This document shows, piece after piece, positions 1 through 12,565 of a stretch of 64,000 nt of DNA (its first letter is position 1; the number at the start of each line of letters is the position of its first letter). The notes under the pieces are model-generated. The model ran no database searches and was not told where the DNA came from. It worked only from the letters and a program-made list of their open reading frames with translations. The position numbers and the translations under genes were made by a program. The stretch is from Chrysemys picta bellii (Eukaryota): contig NC_088812.1 of NCBI RefSeq assembly GCF_011386835.1, forward strand, positions 13,268,001-13,332,000, written 5' to 3'.

Positions 1-1085
1 ATCCCCTCCACGACTGGGCTGCAGGGCCCCTTGGCTGGGGGCGTCTCCCTGTGCTGGGCCCGCTGCCCAGGGTCCCCCTCGCTCTCCCCAGCTGCTCACC
101 GCACCCGGCTCCGGATGGCTCCAGCCCCAGCCCCAGCTCCATTCTACCCCAGCTCCTTGGGCTGCCTCTCTGGCCGGCGCGGCCCTGCCCCCGGGCTCAG
201 CTCGGACCCCCGTCTCTTCCAGGCAATTCCAGCTCAGACGGAGAACAGGACCCCCCCCGGACTCCCTCATTAGCCTGCCCGCCCTGTCAATCAGGCTGAC
301 CTGGAGCGCTGGCCTCTCCCCATTGTTCCTGGGGACTGTCAGTCTCAGGGTCCTGATTTCCCATCGACCCTCCCCCTTTCTTTTGGGATTGGGAGCCAGC
401 CAACCAACCCCCCCACTGGGTTTTAGTAAGGGGTCAACAGTCCCGGTACACATGCATTAGGTATCTAAGTAAGCAGGGCTGAAACGCAAGGCCTACAGGC
501 TGAGGCCTATAAGATACCAACTTAGCCAGACTAGGCCAGAAGCCTGAGAAATGCTTGACATGAGTAAGTGACCAAACAATGAGCCGATGCCACGAACCGA
601 CAGGGAGAGGCGTGCCAACGGGGGGGGCGGGGGGGCTTCTCATCATGCGTAACTGTCAATGAGAAATAAAAGGAACTACAAACGACCTATGAAGAACTGG
701 GGCTCCCCTGTTCTGGGAGGACACAGTGCACATAAGGAACAAGAGGATGGGTGCCGTCACGCACCTGTGCAGAGTGTCGCTGTAGCCGGCAGCACAAGAT
801 AAAAGAGGACTCCCAGACTGGGTAAAATGAATTCCTGACGGGAAAACTCTGGCAGGAACGGCCCCGTTCCTGAGGGCCAGGCAGCCATCGGACTCGGAGA
901 TATCCCGGAGGAGGGGAGTACCGGACGGCTGTATTTGTAACTTGGGCGCAGGGCTCGATAGGGTAATCAGAACCTGAACTGGAACTGGAATAAAAGTGAT
1001 AACCCAGACTAGCCCGTAGAGCTGTGACTATCTGGGTGGTCCCTACCCTTGGTCTTTGTGAAGCGGGCAGCAGAGGGGACTTTCA
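1..1085. mobile_element. Possible LTR remnants (end of one LTR near 448, followed by a second LTR-like block)
   Basis: GATAAAA (TATA-like) near 798 and AATAAA near 988 in an otherwise unexplained block; no TSD found. Confidence 0.3.
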
Positions 1086-3009
1086 CGCTGAGGCAGCCTG
1101 CTTCTCTCCAGCCAGCAATTTCTCCCCGGGTGCCCGCCTTGCTGCAGCGTGGGAGGGGCGGTGAATGCGCTCTGTCTGCCTGACCCACAGGTCGTTGGGC
1201 TCTGCCCCTGACCCTGGCAGGCCTCGGACAAGGCAGGGCGCTGGGCCTTGCCCCCGGAGCCAGGAAAGCGAGATTTGCTAGAGTGCAGGAGGGTTAATGA
1301 TTTCCCTGCAGATAGCAGGGGCTGCAGTCCCAGCGTGGGGGAGGGGGTTCGTTTGCTCCCCGAGCAGGGTCCGGTGCTGAGCCTGACCCCTCATGCAGCC
1401 CACACGCCCCAGCCCCACAGAACTGGCTGAGGGGGGGGGGGCGGCTGCTGCAGGCCGAGGAGCTGTGGCTGGGCTAACGTCACTCCTGCTTCAGGGCACC
1501 AGCCTCTGACTCTGGGGGTCAGGAGGAAACGGTCCCGGAGCTGCCAGTGGGATTCCTAGGGGCGGCCCTGGCGTAGGTCCCTTCAGTCGGGACTCCGTCC
1601 CAGCCCCTGGCCCCGCTCTGCTCCAGCAGGGCTGATCCTGTACCGTCAGCAGGGCCGAAATCTAGGGCAGGGCCCTTACCCGTTTGTTTCCAGGCCCCCC
1701 CCCCCCCCCACCCATTTGGGTCCCCTCTCCGTGGCCTGGAGGAAGCAGCCCGCACAAGGATATCAGAATTGGGGGGCTCCTGTGTCGGGTCCTGGTGGGA
1801 TCTTTCCTGGGTGACTCCCAGGGCTCTGCCACACAGTAACGAGGCCAGCGCCAGCCCAAGAAATACCATTGATTGCCAGCCGGTCCCACTCAGGCCGCCC
1901 GGCCCCACCACTGGGGCCCTGGGGCGGCCGGCGGGTTCGGAGCTGGTAGTTCCAGCCAAGAAATGCAGCACCGCTTCCCACACAGGCTAGAACCAGTCCC
2001 TTTAAATCACAGGCAGGACTTTGCCCCCTAGACACTCCACTTTGCATGCGCTCCCTGCCTCCAGCCGGGCCCCAGCCTCCTGCCCGGGCCCCCTGCACCC
2101 CCAGGGGAGGTGTTTGTCCTTCACCAATCGCCAGGCTCTTCCTGTCCGATTTCCAAAGTGCCAGTTCCCCAGAGCAGAGCGGGAGCTGGAATCCAAGGCA
2201 CGCGGGGCCCTTGCTTGCAGCAGGTAATCTTTCCTCCTCCTGTTGGCTTTTCAACAACCCCCTCCTGGATCCTGGACAGTCGCTGGGAGCGAGACTCAGG
2301 TTCCCGCTGTCACCCCTTCCCGGGGGAGTTTTTTCCCTTGCCCTCTTTGGTGCCATTTTCTTCCTGTCACTTTCCTGTTGCCGAACCCGCGGCGGGTTTC
2401 GCTGGCGTATTTTCCAGCACTGGACCAGAGGGGCAGTTCAAAGCCAGGCCCTTAGCGGCCCCAGGCTGGCACGAGCGGGCCGGGTCTCCAAGCGACCGAT
2501 CAGACCGGGCCTTTCTCCAGCCGCCAGGCTACGAGGCGTCTCTCACTATGCTTTTCTCTCCCCCTTTCGGGTGTGTCTGTCTGGTTCGGCCCTCCAGGAA
2601 ATGGGTTTGAACATTAACAACCCCAGCAGCTGCCCCCCATCTCAACCCCCCCCCCACCCAAAGGACAGGCGGTAGCATCTTTAATGCCATCTAAAAATAC
2701 CGTCGGACGGGGTTTCTCTATTGCTAAAGGGAGAGGGTTGAAAGAAAGCCTGGCTTAGCCCGTTGCATTTCAAAGGCTTACATTGATTCATCCCCTTTTT
2801 TCCTCCCCGTATCTTAAATAAATAGTTCAGATTTCTAACGGGGTCTTTGCGGCTGAGAACCCCCAACGAACGGTGACTGGTTGGCGCTGTCTCTCCGCAG
2901 GGTCACGTTGACAGCTCGGGCTGTTTTCCTCCATCGAAGGTCAAACAAGCCGTCCCCCAGTGGCCCTCGGATTATTTTGTCTGCAGCCAGAGTCCGTCCG
3001 CCTGTGAGG

Positions 3010-3322
3010 ATGTGGCTGTACCTGGCCGCCCTGCTGGGGCTGTACTTCCTCCGCCGATGGTACCGGGAGCGGCAGACTGTGGAGAACCTCCGAGAGAAAT
3101 ACGTCCTGATCACCGGCTGCGACTCCGGCTTCGGGAACCTGCTGGCCAAGCAGCTGGACGTGCGGGGCCTGCGGGTGCTGGCGGCTTGTCTCACCCAGCA
3201 GGGCGCGGAGCAGCTGAGGAAGGCGACGTCGCAGCGGCTGCAAACGGTGATCCTGGACGTCACCCGGACCGACAGCATCGCCGCGGCCACCGCCTGGGTG
3301 AAGGAACAAGTGGGGGACAAAG
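3010..3322 (+). CDS. RDH16/HSD17B6-like SDR9C dehydrogenase, copy 1, coding exon 1 (313 nt)
   Basis: ATG at 3010; MWLYLAALLGLYFLRRWYRERQ...KYVLITGCDSGFG (Rossmann TGxxxGxG motif); phase-1 GT donor at 3323. Orthology to RDH16 versus HSD17B6 cannot be resolved by eye. Confidence 0.95.
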
Positions 3323-3930
3323 GTGCGGCTTGGACGAGATGCTGGTGGTTATTGCACGGGGCTGGGGCTGGGTCCGTCTCCTGCCCCCTCGGCCTGAGGT
3401 CTCAGGAACCTGCATTAATGTCCTGCCCATCCTTCGCCCGAGGCTGCAGAGGGGCCGGGGGTGGGGGCAGTGGCGGGCACAAAGACGATGGTCGTGTTGG
3501 CAAAGTGCAGCCTCATGGGGGCGGGTATTTCCCGCCAGAGCTGGGTGGGGAATTTCCCGTGCCCGTCCCCCACCCCCCCAAACTCCTCTGGGGAGACGGG
3601 CAGGTCTGGCCACAGCGACAGGCCAGATGGGCTTTCAGAGCTTGTGTTCTGCTCAGCTGGGGCGGGGGGGGCAGCCCCATGTGTCCCAGGTTTGCTGCCC
3701 CCCCCCCCCCCAGTATCACAGCGAGACAGGTGGCCGTGCTCTCATGCTGGGACTGAGAAGCAGGTCACGTCGGCCTGGCCTGGGAGACCAGCGACCGGAG
3801 CAGCCCTGGGGCTCTGTAGCAGGGGCCCCCGGGAGAGGGCAGGAAGGGAGATAGGGCCTGATTCTCTGAGCACCTGGGCCGGGAGGGGACTGGGAGATGT
3901 GCCACCCCCCAACCTTTCTGTCTCCTCTGA

Positions 3931-4194
<264 letters not shown>

Positions 4195-4464
4195 TGAGAG
4201 CCATTGCTAACCGCGTCCGCCGTCGTGTCCTGACCGGGGATGGGTTTGGCCCAAGAACCTCGGTGCTCCGGGAAGGTCGGCAAAGCTCTGCCTACCTAGA
4301 GCAACCCCTACTGGTCTCCAAACTGCCCCCATAACCAGACACTCCCCCGTCTCTGCCCCCCAGACACCTTCCATCACTCCCTTTGCATCCAGCCTTACCA
4401 ACTCCTTGGGGGGGTCCTGTGCCTCGGCGGGGGCTTCCGTAGTCATGTCGTCGTTCCATTCCAG

Positions 4465-4628
4465 GCGGGAGCTCCTTCCTTTCGGGGTCAAGGTGTGCAT
4501 CATAGAGCCGGGTGCCTTCGGGACGCAGATCTTAAATACCCAGATCATTAAAGACATGCTGCAGGAGGTGTGGGGCCAGGTCCCCGCCGAGATCAAAGAG
4601 TCGTACGGGCAGCGCTACTTCGACACCT
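4465..4628 (+). CDS. RDH16-like copy 1, coding exon 3 (164 nt)
   Basis: CAG acceptor; RELLPFGVKVCIIEPGAF...SYGQRYFDT; GTGAGT donor at 4629; frame consistent with the neighbouring exons. Confidence 0.93.
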
Positions 4629-5191
4629 GTGAGTCCAACGGGGTGACCGGGGCGGGGGCTGGATCCTCCTGGGGGGATTGTAGCCGGATGAGCCGGGAAT
4701 AAACTGAGCCCCGCTGGTGCGCAGCCACTTGGGGCCTGCAGCGCTGCGGGTGGGGCTGGACCTTTCCATTCCAAAGCCCGTGGGGCTCTTCTCCGAAGCC
4801 TCCATGGGGCCCAACGGCCCCAACGGCTTTGAATACGCGGCCAGGGGCGGATGAAGGGCTGCAGTCCCGTTTCCCAGGGCCAGGCTCATCCTCGCAAGAT
4901 CCCGCGCTGATCCGGTAGCAATCCGGTGGTGCCCCATAGCTCCTGAGTCCCGGGATCTATTCCTGCTTTGACGGTGGGCGTGTACATGCACACGCTTTCC
5001 GGTGGCTCAAACCACGGCCGCCCTAGAAGCTCCGGACCGTTTCCCCTACGTTGGGCTCCGGTTTCGAAGCAGGAAGGGCTGATTTCAGGCTCTGCAGCCA
5101 CTCCGAAGCTGGGGGGACTCGCACGCTCCCCGCTCGTCAGTCTACCCCGCCCCGGGCCTGACTTCGGCCTCGTTTGTATTTCCACACGCAG

Positions 5192-5409
5192 ATTATGAGC
5201 AATTCCTCCAGCTCTTATCCACGGCCAGCCCCAACCTCTTCCTGGTCACCGACTGCATGGAGCACGCGCTGACAGCCCGCCACCCCCACACTCGCTACTC
5301 GGGGGGCTGGGACGCTAAGCTGTATTACCTCCCGCTCTCCTACTTGCCAGCCTGGTGCCAAGACTTCCTGCTGACTCTCCGGCAGCCCAAACCGGCCCAG
5401 GGCATCTAG
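5192..5409 (+). CDS. RDH16-like copy 1, coding exon 4 (218 nt, stop TAG); total CDS 954 nt = 317 aa
   Basis: CAG acceptor ending at 5191; [35 protein letters not shown]...AQGI*; candidate AATAAA at 6134-6139. Confidence 0.93.
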
Positions 5410-6433
5410 GGGGCATCGGCGGTGAAGCCACCCGGGGGAGATATTACGGTTGAGACGGCAGCATCTCGCCATGTAACTTACTAGCTTCTGGGGCGCAGCG
5501 TATTGCTTGTTTTAAAGCCAGCGGGTGGGACTGATCAGGTGTCATACTCCGGTTAATGAAAAGAGCCAGGTAGGGCGGGGGGGGGGGGGGGGGGGGGGAG
5601 GTCTGCTGCGGGGGGGGGGGGGGGGCGGGTCTGCTGCCTTCGCAGACCAGCTTCTGCTGGGTCCTACTCATTTCCTACTTCACTGGAATGCCAGGGGCTT
5701 CACCAGCGGGGAGAACCGTGCCGAAGGGGCCCCGGGTGTACGAATCGAAGGGAGGCACAGGAGAGGTCCAGGCTGGTCAGGAGGTTACGGCCCTGCGGCG
5801 GGATTCAGGGGAGCTGGGTGCCATTCCTGACTTTGCCACAGACTCACTGCGCGAATCATTTGCCGTGCCTCAGTTTCCCCATCTCTAGAATGCAGGCAGT
5901 ACATCTTCCCGGGTTTAACCTGTGAGCTCTTTGGGGCAGGGACTGTCTCTCACCTGCATTTGTGCATCAGCCAGCACAACGGGACCCTGATCTTGGTGAG
6001 GGCCTCCAGGTCCTACCACGATACACGAAACAATCAATCTAATTGCATTGACCTCTAGTAAAATCACTGGTTTCAGGCTAGGGCCTGGGGGTAGTAGAGG
6101 CCTCTCTGGCCTTTTTTGTTTATTCGCAGAGCCAATAAATTGTTGCAAAAACGTTCTGGGAACGTCAGCTTTTCCAGTCCAAAAGAGAACAGGGCTGGGG
6201 TCCGTACCAGCTCCGATACATATGTCGGCCTTCAGAAATCTGTCAAGCCAGGACAGGCCAACGCGCCGGGGCGCCACTTAACGCTTCCTTCCAGCATTAG
6301 GATTCGTTCCCTCTTGGTTTGGGGCTGGGGGCGAGTCTCTGCTTGCAAATCCCACCAGCTTTCTGGGTACGTCTCTTTCTTCCTTCTTCCCTGTACAACT
6401 CCCACTTGAGAGGTCAGCTTTTCCGATAGAGCA

Positions 6434-6815
6434 GTGGTAGCGCCCCAGAAGTGGGTGGGCCACCGGCTGCCCCTTCCCCTGAGGCCCCGCCCCCACGCTG
6501 TCCCGCCCCACCGAGGCCCTATCCCTGTACCACCTCTTCCCCCGAGGCCCCGCCCCCCACACCGCCTCTTCCCAGAGGCCCCGCCCCCACTCTGCCCAGC
6601 CCCACCAAGGCCCTACCCCCGCACCACCTCTTCCCAGAGGCCCCGCCCCCACACCGCCTCTTCCCAGAGGCCCCGCCCCCACTCTGCCCCGCCCCACCAA
6701 GGCCCCACCCCTGCACCACCTCTTCCCCCGAGGTCCCATCCCCCACTTGCCCTGCTCCCTCCCGCCTATCGCTCGCCCTTACGGCTGGTAAAAAGTGATG
6801 GGGCCATGGCCCCCT
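6434..6815. repeat. GC-rich interspersed repeat with internal ~30-bp tandem units; relative at 62666-62945 in the opposite orientation
   Basis: Repeated GAGGCCCCGCCCCCAC units; CTGGTAAAA(A/G)GTGATGGGGCCATGGCCCC shared with the reverse complement of 62670-62698. Confidence 0.65.
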
Positions 6816-9040
6816 GGTCTCCCCGTTCCGGTGCCCCGACTCCACCATTTACATTAGTTAAACCTGCAATGATCCCCCCATGCTGCAGAGGAAGGCGAAC
6901 CCCCCCCCAGGGTCTCTGCCAATCAGACCCGGGGGGAAATTCCTTCCCGACCCCAAATCTGCCGATCACTTAGACCCTGAGCATGTGGCCAAGACCCATC
7001 AACCAGAGCCCTGGGGAAGAATTCTCTGTCGTAACTCAGCGCCCGCCCCAGCCACCGTCCCGTCTCCGGTGGTTGGGGATTTTTGCTACCGACCATGTGG
7101 CTTAACAAAGTGAAGGTTAAGTGGGTGACTTGGTCAGTCCGTCCGGGGAACAAAGATTTAACAGCGGGCTCCTCACTCTCGCAGAGAAAACTCTAACTCG
7201 ATCCAATGGCTGGACTCCGAAACTAGCCGCATTCAGACTGGAAGTAAGGGGTGAATTTTTAACAGTGGAACAACTTACCAAGGGTCGTGGGGGATTTCTC
7301 CATCGCTGGCAATTTTGAAATCTAAGATCTGCTCTAGGAATTACTTCGGGGAAGTTCTCTGACCTGGGCTGTTATGCAGGCGGTCAGACAGATTATCTGG
7401 CCTTGGAATCTAGTCATCGATGGGTCTTGTTCTACCTTTCTCTGCTAGATGAAAGCGCCCTCTTGTACCTGGTATTTTCTCCCCAGGAAGGTCTTTGTAC
7501 CCCATCATCAACTCAGCTGTCCACCGTGTGTCTAGAGCTGAACAGATCACGCTGCACCAGGCTCCAGCATTTCCCCCCTCCCCACCAAGCCCCCGGATCA
7601 TTTTCCTGGCTCTGATCTGCTCTCTCTCTCCAGTTCGTTCACCGCCCCTTTCCGAAACGTGGACAACCGATTTGAGGGAGGGCAGGGGTTGGGGAAAGTC
7701 AACGGAGATGCTGCTGCTCCATCTGGTGAATGCACTGCGAGCATGGAGAACGCTCCGAGCCGAGCCGAGCTGGGCCGTGCCACGGGGGCGACACGAGAAA
7801 GCTGGACATGAACGGGGCCGTGACGCTGGCCTCTCTGTGTATGTTAGACAGTCTGGCCCCAAGAGCTGCTAACAGCCACTCAGCTGGCGGGATCAGGCCC
7901 CAACATGGCCAGGTTTCCAAATCCAACTGGCGGTTTCCGGAGCTGTCGGCTCGCTGTGCGTGTGGAGATGCGGGGTTTCCTCTCGCTTCAGGAGGAGGTG
8001 GGTGGGGGAGAAGTTTTCCTCGGGTTTAAACAGCCTGATTTCCATTTGGAAAACCCCAAATGATCCCCACTGTAAAAGAGCGGGAGCTCTGCGGGGCAAG
8101 GCTGGAACCTTCATAAGAGCACCCCCAGGTTTGCCAGCACCTGGAACGGGGACCCCTCAGGGCTGCCTTGTCTCCCCCAACTGAGCTTTTCCAGTCCTGT
8201 CCTAGGAACCTCCCTCCAGCCCTGTCCAGCTGGGCTGGCTCGTTAATTAGGCCTCCATGTGCAAGCAGGCCGGTTAATTGGCCTCTTGGGCCCACACGAA
8301 CCCTCTCCTGGCCCCTACGGGGTGAACACTCCCCTCAAGTTAGGACAAACTTTCTGCCCATCTGGTTAAGCCCTGGCCCAGGTGACCAGGGGAGGCAGCT
8401 GTCCCCACTCCACTGTCGCTCTAGATCCTCGGTGGCTGGTTGGGATGGAGGGACCAGTCACTCCCCACCAATTGCAGGTGGATTCCCCCGCCCCGTCTGG
8501 CACTGGAGGGAAGTTTCTGCAACTGGCTTCTATTGGAGGCAGCATGAAGTTAAGGCTCTGGGTGGTTACTCGGGAGAAGGTGCCGTTCCCAGCTCTGCCA
8601 GAGACCCTTGTGTGGCCTTGGCCACGGCATCTGAGCTCCTCGTGCCTCAGTTTCCCTTCTCTGGGAAGGGGACAGTACTTCTGTCCCTCCCGGGGGTGCG
8701 TGTGTGAGGCGAAGTCTGTTAATGACTGTGCGGCACTCAGGTGCTACAGTGACGGGGTGGGGGTGGGGTTGGGGACGCACAAAAGTCCCTAGCTCTGGAA
8801 GCGGTTGGGGGTGTTGAGGGGATGGTGTGGAGCCAGTTTGCCCGGCGCGTGTCCCTGGGAATTAAGCAGAGGCGGAACTGTGCGTTTGTGTTTATTGACT
8901 TTGTTCATATATTCTCTTGACACATTGGGTTCCTAATCAACGGCGCTATCCCTGTATTGTTAGGACGCTTGGAATTACAAACAATGCTGGGCTGGGACAC
9001 AAACCTGTTCAACCAATGCAATCATGCAACCAATGCCATC

Positions 9041-12000
9041 GTCATTTGCCTGCCTGGTGCGAAGGTTGCGGATCTCTCGAGGCATCTGGACAGACTTATG
9101 TGTAGTGTTGGGGAGGAGCCGGTGGTCGTGGTACATGTAGGTACCAATGACATAGGGAAGGGTAGGAGAGACGTCCAGGAGGCCAAATTTAGGCTGCTAG
9201 GGAAGAGACTGAAATCCAGGATCTCTATGGTGGCATTCCTAGAAATGCTCCCAGTTCCGCGCGCAGGGCCAGGTAGGCAGGCAGAGGTCAGAGTCTCAAT
9301 GCGTGGTTGAGACGATGGTGTAGAGAGGAGGGGTTTAGATTTATTAGGAACTGGGGAAACTTTGGGGACGGGGGGAGCCTATAGAGGAGAGATGGGCCCC
9401 ACCTAAACCAAAGTGGATCCAGACTGCTGGCACTAAACATTCAAAAGGTTGTAGAGCAGTTTTTAAACTAAGAGACGGGGGAAAGTTGACTGCTGCAGAG
9501 AAGCACGTGGCTCGGACAGAGACTTCTCTTAGAGGAGAGTCTATTGATGGAGATTCTCTAGGTTTTAGTCAGGAGCAGAGGATGGAAGAGGATAAAGTAG
9601 GGGCCAGATCAGACGAGAAACATTCACATAAAAAAGAATCTGACACAACAGAAAAGGGAAGACAAATAAACAGGGACAAGTTTTTAAAGTGCTTGTACAC
9701 AAATGCTAGAAGTTTAAATAATAAGATGAGTGAACTAGAGTGCCTCGTGATATAACAGGCATCACAGAAACCTGGTGGAGTGGGGACAATCCATGGGACA
9801 CAATCATTCCAGGGTACAAAATATATCGGAAGGACAGAACAGGTCGTGCGGGGGTGGGGGAAGAGTGGCACTATATGTGAAAGAAAATGTTGAATCAAAT
9901 GAAGTAAAAATCTTAAATGAATCCACATGTTCCACAGAATCTCTATGGATAGAAATTTTATGCTCTAATAAGAATATAACAGTAGGGATCTATTATCGAC
10001 CACCTGACCAGGACAGGGATAGTGATGATGAAATGCTAAGGGAGATTAGAGAGGCTATCAAAATTAAGAACTCGATAATAGTGGGGGGTTTCACTTATCC
10101 CCATATTGACTGGGAACATGTCACCTCAGGACGAAATGCAGAGATAAAATGTCTCGATACTTTAAATGACTGCTTCTCGGAGCAGCTGGTACGGGAACCC
10201 ACAAGGGGAGAAGCAACTCTCGATTTAGTCCTGAGTGGGGCGCAGGAGCTGGTCCAAGAGGTGACTATAACAGGACCGCTTGGAAATAGTGACCATAATA
10301 CAATAGCGTTCAACATCCCTGTGGTGGGAAGAACATCTCAACAGCCCAACACTGTGGCATTTAATTTCAGAAAGGGGGAACTATGCAAAAATGAGGGGGT
10401 TAGTTAAACAGAAGTTAAAAAGTACAGTGACTAAAGTGAAATCCCTGCAAGCTGCATGGGCGCTTTTTAAAGACACCATAATAGAGGCCCAACGTCAATG
10501 TATCCCCCAAATTAAGAAACACAGTAAAAGAACTAAAAAAGAGCCACCGTGGCTTAACAACCATGTGAAAGAAGCAGCGAGAGATAAAAAGGCATCTTTT
10601 AAAAAGCGGAAGTCAAATCCTAGTGCGGTAAATAGAAAGGAGCATAAACACTGCTAAATTAAGTGTAAAAATGGAATAAGAAAAGCCAAAAAGGAGTTTG
10701 AAGAACGGCTAGCCAAAAACTCCAAAGGTAACAACAAAATGTTTTTAAGTACATCAGAAGCAGGAAGCCTGCTAAACAACCAGTGGGGCCCCTTGATGAT
10801 TGAGATACAAAAGGAGCGCTTAAAGACGATAAAGTCATTGCGGAGAAACTAAATGAATTCTTTGCTTCAGTCTTCACGGCTGAGGATGTTAGGAAGATTC
10901 CCAAACCTGAGCCGTCCTTAGTAGGTGACAAATCTGAGGAATTGTCACAGATTGAAGTGTCACTAGAGGAGATTTTGGAATTAATTGATAAACTTAACAG
11001 TAACAAGTCACCGGGACCAGATAATATTCACCCAAGAGTTCTGAAAGAACTCAAATGTGAAATTCCGGAACTATTAATTAGGATATCCTTTAAATCGGCT
11101 TCTGTACCCAACGACTGGAAGATAGCTAATGTAACACCAATATTTAAAAAGGGCTCTAGAGGTGATCCCGGCAATTACAGACCAGTAAGTCTAACGTCGG
11201 TACTGGGCAAATTAGTTGAAACAATAGTAAAGAATAAAATTGTCAGACACATAGAAAAACATAACTCACTGGGCAAAAGTCAACATGGTTTCTGTAAAGG
11301 GAAATCGTGTCTTACTAATCTATTAGAGTTATTTGAAGGGGTCAACAAACATGTGGACAAGGGGGATCCAGTGGACATAGTGTACTTAGATTTCCAGAAA
11401 GCCTTTGACAAGGTCCCTCACCGAAGGCTCTTACGTAAATTAAGTTGTCCTGGGATAAGAGGGAAGATCCTTTCATGGATGGAGAACTAGTTAAAAGACC
11501 GGGAACAAAGGGTAGGAATAAATGGTAAATTCTCAGAATGGAAATGGGTAACTAGTGGTGTTCCCCAAGGGTCAGTCCTAGGACGAATCTTATTCAACTC
11601 GTTCATAAATGATCTGGAGAAAGGGGTGAAAAGTGAGGTGGCAAAGTGATTGGGCAACAAAATGGCAAATGAAATTTAATGTGGATAAATGTAAAGTAAT
11701 GCACATTGGAAAAAATAACCCCAACTATACATACAATACGATGGGGGCTAATTTAGCTACGACTGATCAGGAACGAGATATTGGAGTCATCGTGGATAGT
11801 TCTCTGAAGATGTCCACGCAGTGTGCAGAGACGGTCAAAAAAGCAAACAGGATGTTAGGGATCATTAAAAAAGGGATCGAGAATAAGACGGAGAATATCT
11901 GATTGCCCTTATATAAATCCATGGTACGCCCACATCTTGACTACCACGTACAGATGTGGTCTCCTCATCTCAAAAAAGCTATACTGGCATTAGAAAAAGT

Positions 12001-12565
12001 TCAGAAAAGGGCAACTAAAATGATTAGGGGTTTGGAACGGGTCCCATATGAGGAGAGATTAAAGAGGCTAGGACTTTTCAGCTTGGAAAAGGGGGGATAT
12101 GATAGAGATGTATATAAAATCATGAGTGGTGTGGAGAAAGTGAATAAGGAAAAGTTATTTACTTGTTCCCATAATATAAGAACTAGGGGCCACCAAATGA
12201 AATTAATGGGCAGCAGGTTTAAAACAAATAAAAGGAAGTTCTTCTTCACGCAGCGCACAGTCAACCTGTGGAACTCCTTGCCTGAGGAGGTTGTGAAGGC
12301 TAGGACCATAACAGGGTTTAAAAGAGAGCTAGATAAATTCATGGAGGTTAAGTCCATTAATGGCTAGTAGCCAGGACGGGTAAGGAATGGTGTCCCTAGC
12401 CTCTGTCTGTCAGAGGGTGGAGATGGATGGCAGGAGAGAGATCACTTGATCACTACCTGTTAGGTTCACTCCCTCTGGGGCACCTGACATTGGCCACTGT
12501 CGGCAGACAGAACACTGGGCTGGATACTTTGGTCTGACCCAGTACGGCCGTTCTTATGTTCTTAT
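9041..12565 (+). mobile_element. 5'-truncated, decayed CR1 LINE (ORF1 esterase remnant, ORF2 APE+RT, 3' UTR)
   Basis: CLPGAK...VVVHVGTND (ORF1 SGNH/esterase); KCLYTNARSL and GIYYRPP (APE); GDPGNYRPVSLTS, YLDFQKAFDKVPH and WQMKFNVDKCKVMH (RT); several stops and frameshifts; TTCTTATG tail. Confidence 0.93.

Noticed and set aside
2881-3756. 291-aa ORF, and similar extended ORFs at 18325-18882 and 22262-22708, as full proteins
   Set aside because: They use non-ATG starts and read through into introns; only the 313-nt exon is SDR-like.
6278-6973. Pro/Gly-rich ORFs
   Set aside because: They arise from the GC-rich interspersed repeat that recurs at 62666-62945.
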